Source: Octopus sinensis
Taxonomy: Eukaryota
NCBI RefSeq assembly: GCF_006345805.1
Contig: NW_021827666.1
Coordinates: 1-9,776, forward strand
Direction of reading: 5' to 3'
DNA length: 9,776 nt
Shown here: one piece after another, positions 7,969-9,776 of the stretch
Numbering within the stretch: the stretch's first letter is position 1
Layout of the letters: every line of letters starts with the position of its first letter
Position numbers and translations under genes: made by a program
The notes under the pieces: model-generated
Told to the model about the DNA's origin: nothing
Database searches by the model: none
What the model saw: the letters and a program-made list of their open reading frames with translations, nothing else

Positions 7969-8550
7969 GAAATATTAAATTTTACTAAGTCTCTATAAAA
8001 GAAATTACCGGCAGCGTTTACTGGAAATTAATTGTTATCGCCATATTAATATGGCATTCTTATAGATATAAGAATAATCGCTGCCGCTGGTTAGCTCCAT
8101 GAGGCCACCGCCTTAAGATAGCTATTGATACACGATCTGTATCCATTATAACCTTCGAACAAGGGAGGTCAGCCGCTTCACACTGCCAGTCCGACAAGTG
8201 GATGTATTCCACTGAAACTAGGTAAATAGAAACCTTCGAACAGAGACTCAGTGGCGACACCTGCGGGGTCTCACTGCGCTACATTGACAAGGGGCAATAC
8301 CCCGAAACGCGTCTGTAGCTGTCGGACTGGCAGTGTGAAGCGGCTGACCTCCCTTGTTCGAAGGTTATAATGGATACAGATCGTGTATCAATAGCTATCT
8401 TAAGGCGGTGGCCTCATGGAGCTAACCAGCGGCAGCGATTATTCTTATATCTATAAGAATGCATATTAATATGGCGATAACAATTATTTTCCATAAACGC
8501 TGCCGCGTATTTCTTTTATAGAGACTTAGTAATTTTAATATTTCTATTAT
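7964..8550 (+). mobile_element. Foldback Penelope-like element: ~232-bp inverted arms around a 123-bp spacer containing a hammerhead
   Basis: 7964-8196 is the reverse complement of 8320-8550, essentially perfect in the inner part with a few indels distally. (TA)n lies on both flanks. Confidence 0.8.
8278..8319 (+). ncRNA. Minimal type I hammerhead ribozyme, U3-A8 core variant
   Basis: GCTACA-TTGACAA-GGGG-CAATA-CCCC-GAAAC-GC-GTC^TGTAGC. It has a 6-bp stem I, a 4-bp stem II and a palindromic ACGCGT stem III. The core is UUGACAA instead of CUGANGA. Predicted cleavage is after 8313. Confidence 0.85.
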
Positions 8551-8682
8551 ATATATATAGATATATATATATATATATATATACTGGTTTTGTATATAAA
8601 CACACACATACACAAACTTATATAAATACACATAATCACTATGTATGTATGTATATTCTATGTATATATATATATATATATA

Positions 8683-8718
<36 letters not shown>

Positions 8719-8730
8719 ATAATAATATAA
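8548..8730. repeat. (TA)n-rich compound microsatellite
   Basis: Direct reading of the sequence. Confidence 0.9.
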
Positions 8731-8734
8731 TGTA

Positions 8735-9270
8735 AGGATTCTCCCCACATTCGATGACGGATGAGGGTTGTGCAATCCTTTGCTGAACAACCATACAGAT
8801 GATTTAGTTTTAATACTGATCAAATGGTTGTGTAGACATAAGCTCACTCCCTCCACCAAATCGACATTACCTGTACAGGTGCCACAGGTACCACATGTCA
8901 GACGATGAAATGATCACAGAGGAACGTGAAATGAAGTGTGTGTTTTGCTCAAGAACACAATGATGCAACGCCCGGTCTGAGCTGGGAATTGAACTCACGA
9001 TCTGACAATCATGAGTGCAACACTCTAACCCAGTGCTTTTTAAACTTTTTGCTGGAGCGGAACCCCAAGGAAGCATTCCAGTAGCTCGGAGAACCCCTGT
9101 GCAATAATTTAATAGTCTTATGCACACATGTCTGTATAGGAAAATTAAAAATTACTGCAGATTTTAGCAGTTTTGTAACTTCTTGCGGAACCCCTGGACT
9201 GTACTGGCGGAACCCTAAGGTTCCGCGGAACCCTGGTTGAAAACCACTGCTCTAACCAATAAGCCATGTA
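8735..9270 (-). mobile_element. Old tRNA-derived SINE family D (CORE-like), interrupted by a hAT MITE
   Basis: After removing the MITE, the minus strand reads CATGGCTTATTGGTTAGAGTGTTGCACTCATGATTG...GTGAGTTCAATTCCC (A and B boxes)...GACCGGGCG...TGTGTTCTTGAGCAAAACAC. The head is related to family C. The 3' boundary is approximate. Confidence 0.72.
9031..9249. mobile_element. hAT (Charlie-like) MITE, 219 bp
   Basis: The TIRs are CAGTGCTTTTTAAAC / GGTTGAAAACCACTG. There is a perfect 8-bp TSD CTCTAACC (9023-9030 and 9250-9257) and repeated subterminal GGAACCC motifs. Confidence 0.92.
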
Positions 9271-9273
9271 TTC

Positions 9274-9397
9274 TGTGCGTGTGTGTATGTGTGTGTGTTT
9301 GTGTGTGTGTGGGAGAGAGAGAGAGAGAGAGAGAGAGAAGAGTGTGTGGTGTGTGTGTGTGGTGTGTGTGGTGTGTGTGTGTGTGTGTGTGCGTGTG
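9274..9397. repeat. (TG)n/(GA)n microsatellite
   Basis: Direct reading of the sequence. Confidence 0.95.
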
Positions 9398-9520
9398 GCA
9401 GACTATGCAATTTCCATCTTAGCAAACTCGCTGACGAGGCATTAGTGCTGTGCAGATATGCAGAGGCGCTGAAACTTCGCTTATACGTATGCATCAGTGT
9501 AGGTATCTGCGTATATAATG

Positions 9521-9750
9521 TCCTCTACTCTAGGAACATCGACTCCAGTACGCAACTGGTTCTTAATTTATCGATCCCGAAAGGATGAAAGGCAAAGTCG
9601 ACCTCGGCGGAATTTGAACTCAGAACGTAACGGCAGACGAAATGCGGCAAAGCCGACATCGGCTGAATTTGAAATCAGAAAGTAAGGGCAGACTAAATAC
9701 CGCTAGGCATTTCGCCCGGCGTGCTAATGTTTCTGCCAGCTTGCCGCCTT
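9521..9750 (-). mobile_element. SINE family B copy with an internal 55-bp tandem duplication
   Basis: The minus-strand head is AAGGCGGCAAGCTGGCAGAAACATTAGCACGCCGGGCGAAATGC. 9591-9645 is repeated at 9646-9700. Confidence 0.88.
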
Positions 9751-9776
9751 GTATCTTTTCTACTCTACTTTAAGCC

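Overview
AT-rich, repeat-dominated eukaryotic non-coding DNA. The SINE families resemble those I recall from Octopus/cephalopod genomes, which is recognition and not a search result. No intact protein-coding gene is supported, and the ORF track is explained by repeats and microsatellites. The window holds four tRNA-derived SINE families, a decayed RTE-clade LINE 3' end, a non-autonomous Helitron, two MITEs and many (TA)n/(TG)n tracts. The most notable content is three non-coding Penelope-like/retrozyme-like insertions (1003-1330, 6526-7935, 7964-8550). Each sits inside (TA)n, carries a complete or partial type I hammerhead ribozyme motif, and has an inverted duplication at its 5' end. One is a 596-bp tandem unit whose hammerhead has an unusually long (~74 nt) stem II. 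Another is a ~590-bp foldback whose loop holds a minimal hammerhead with a compensatory U3-A8 core.
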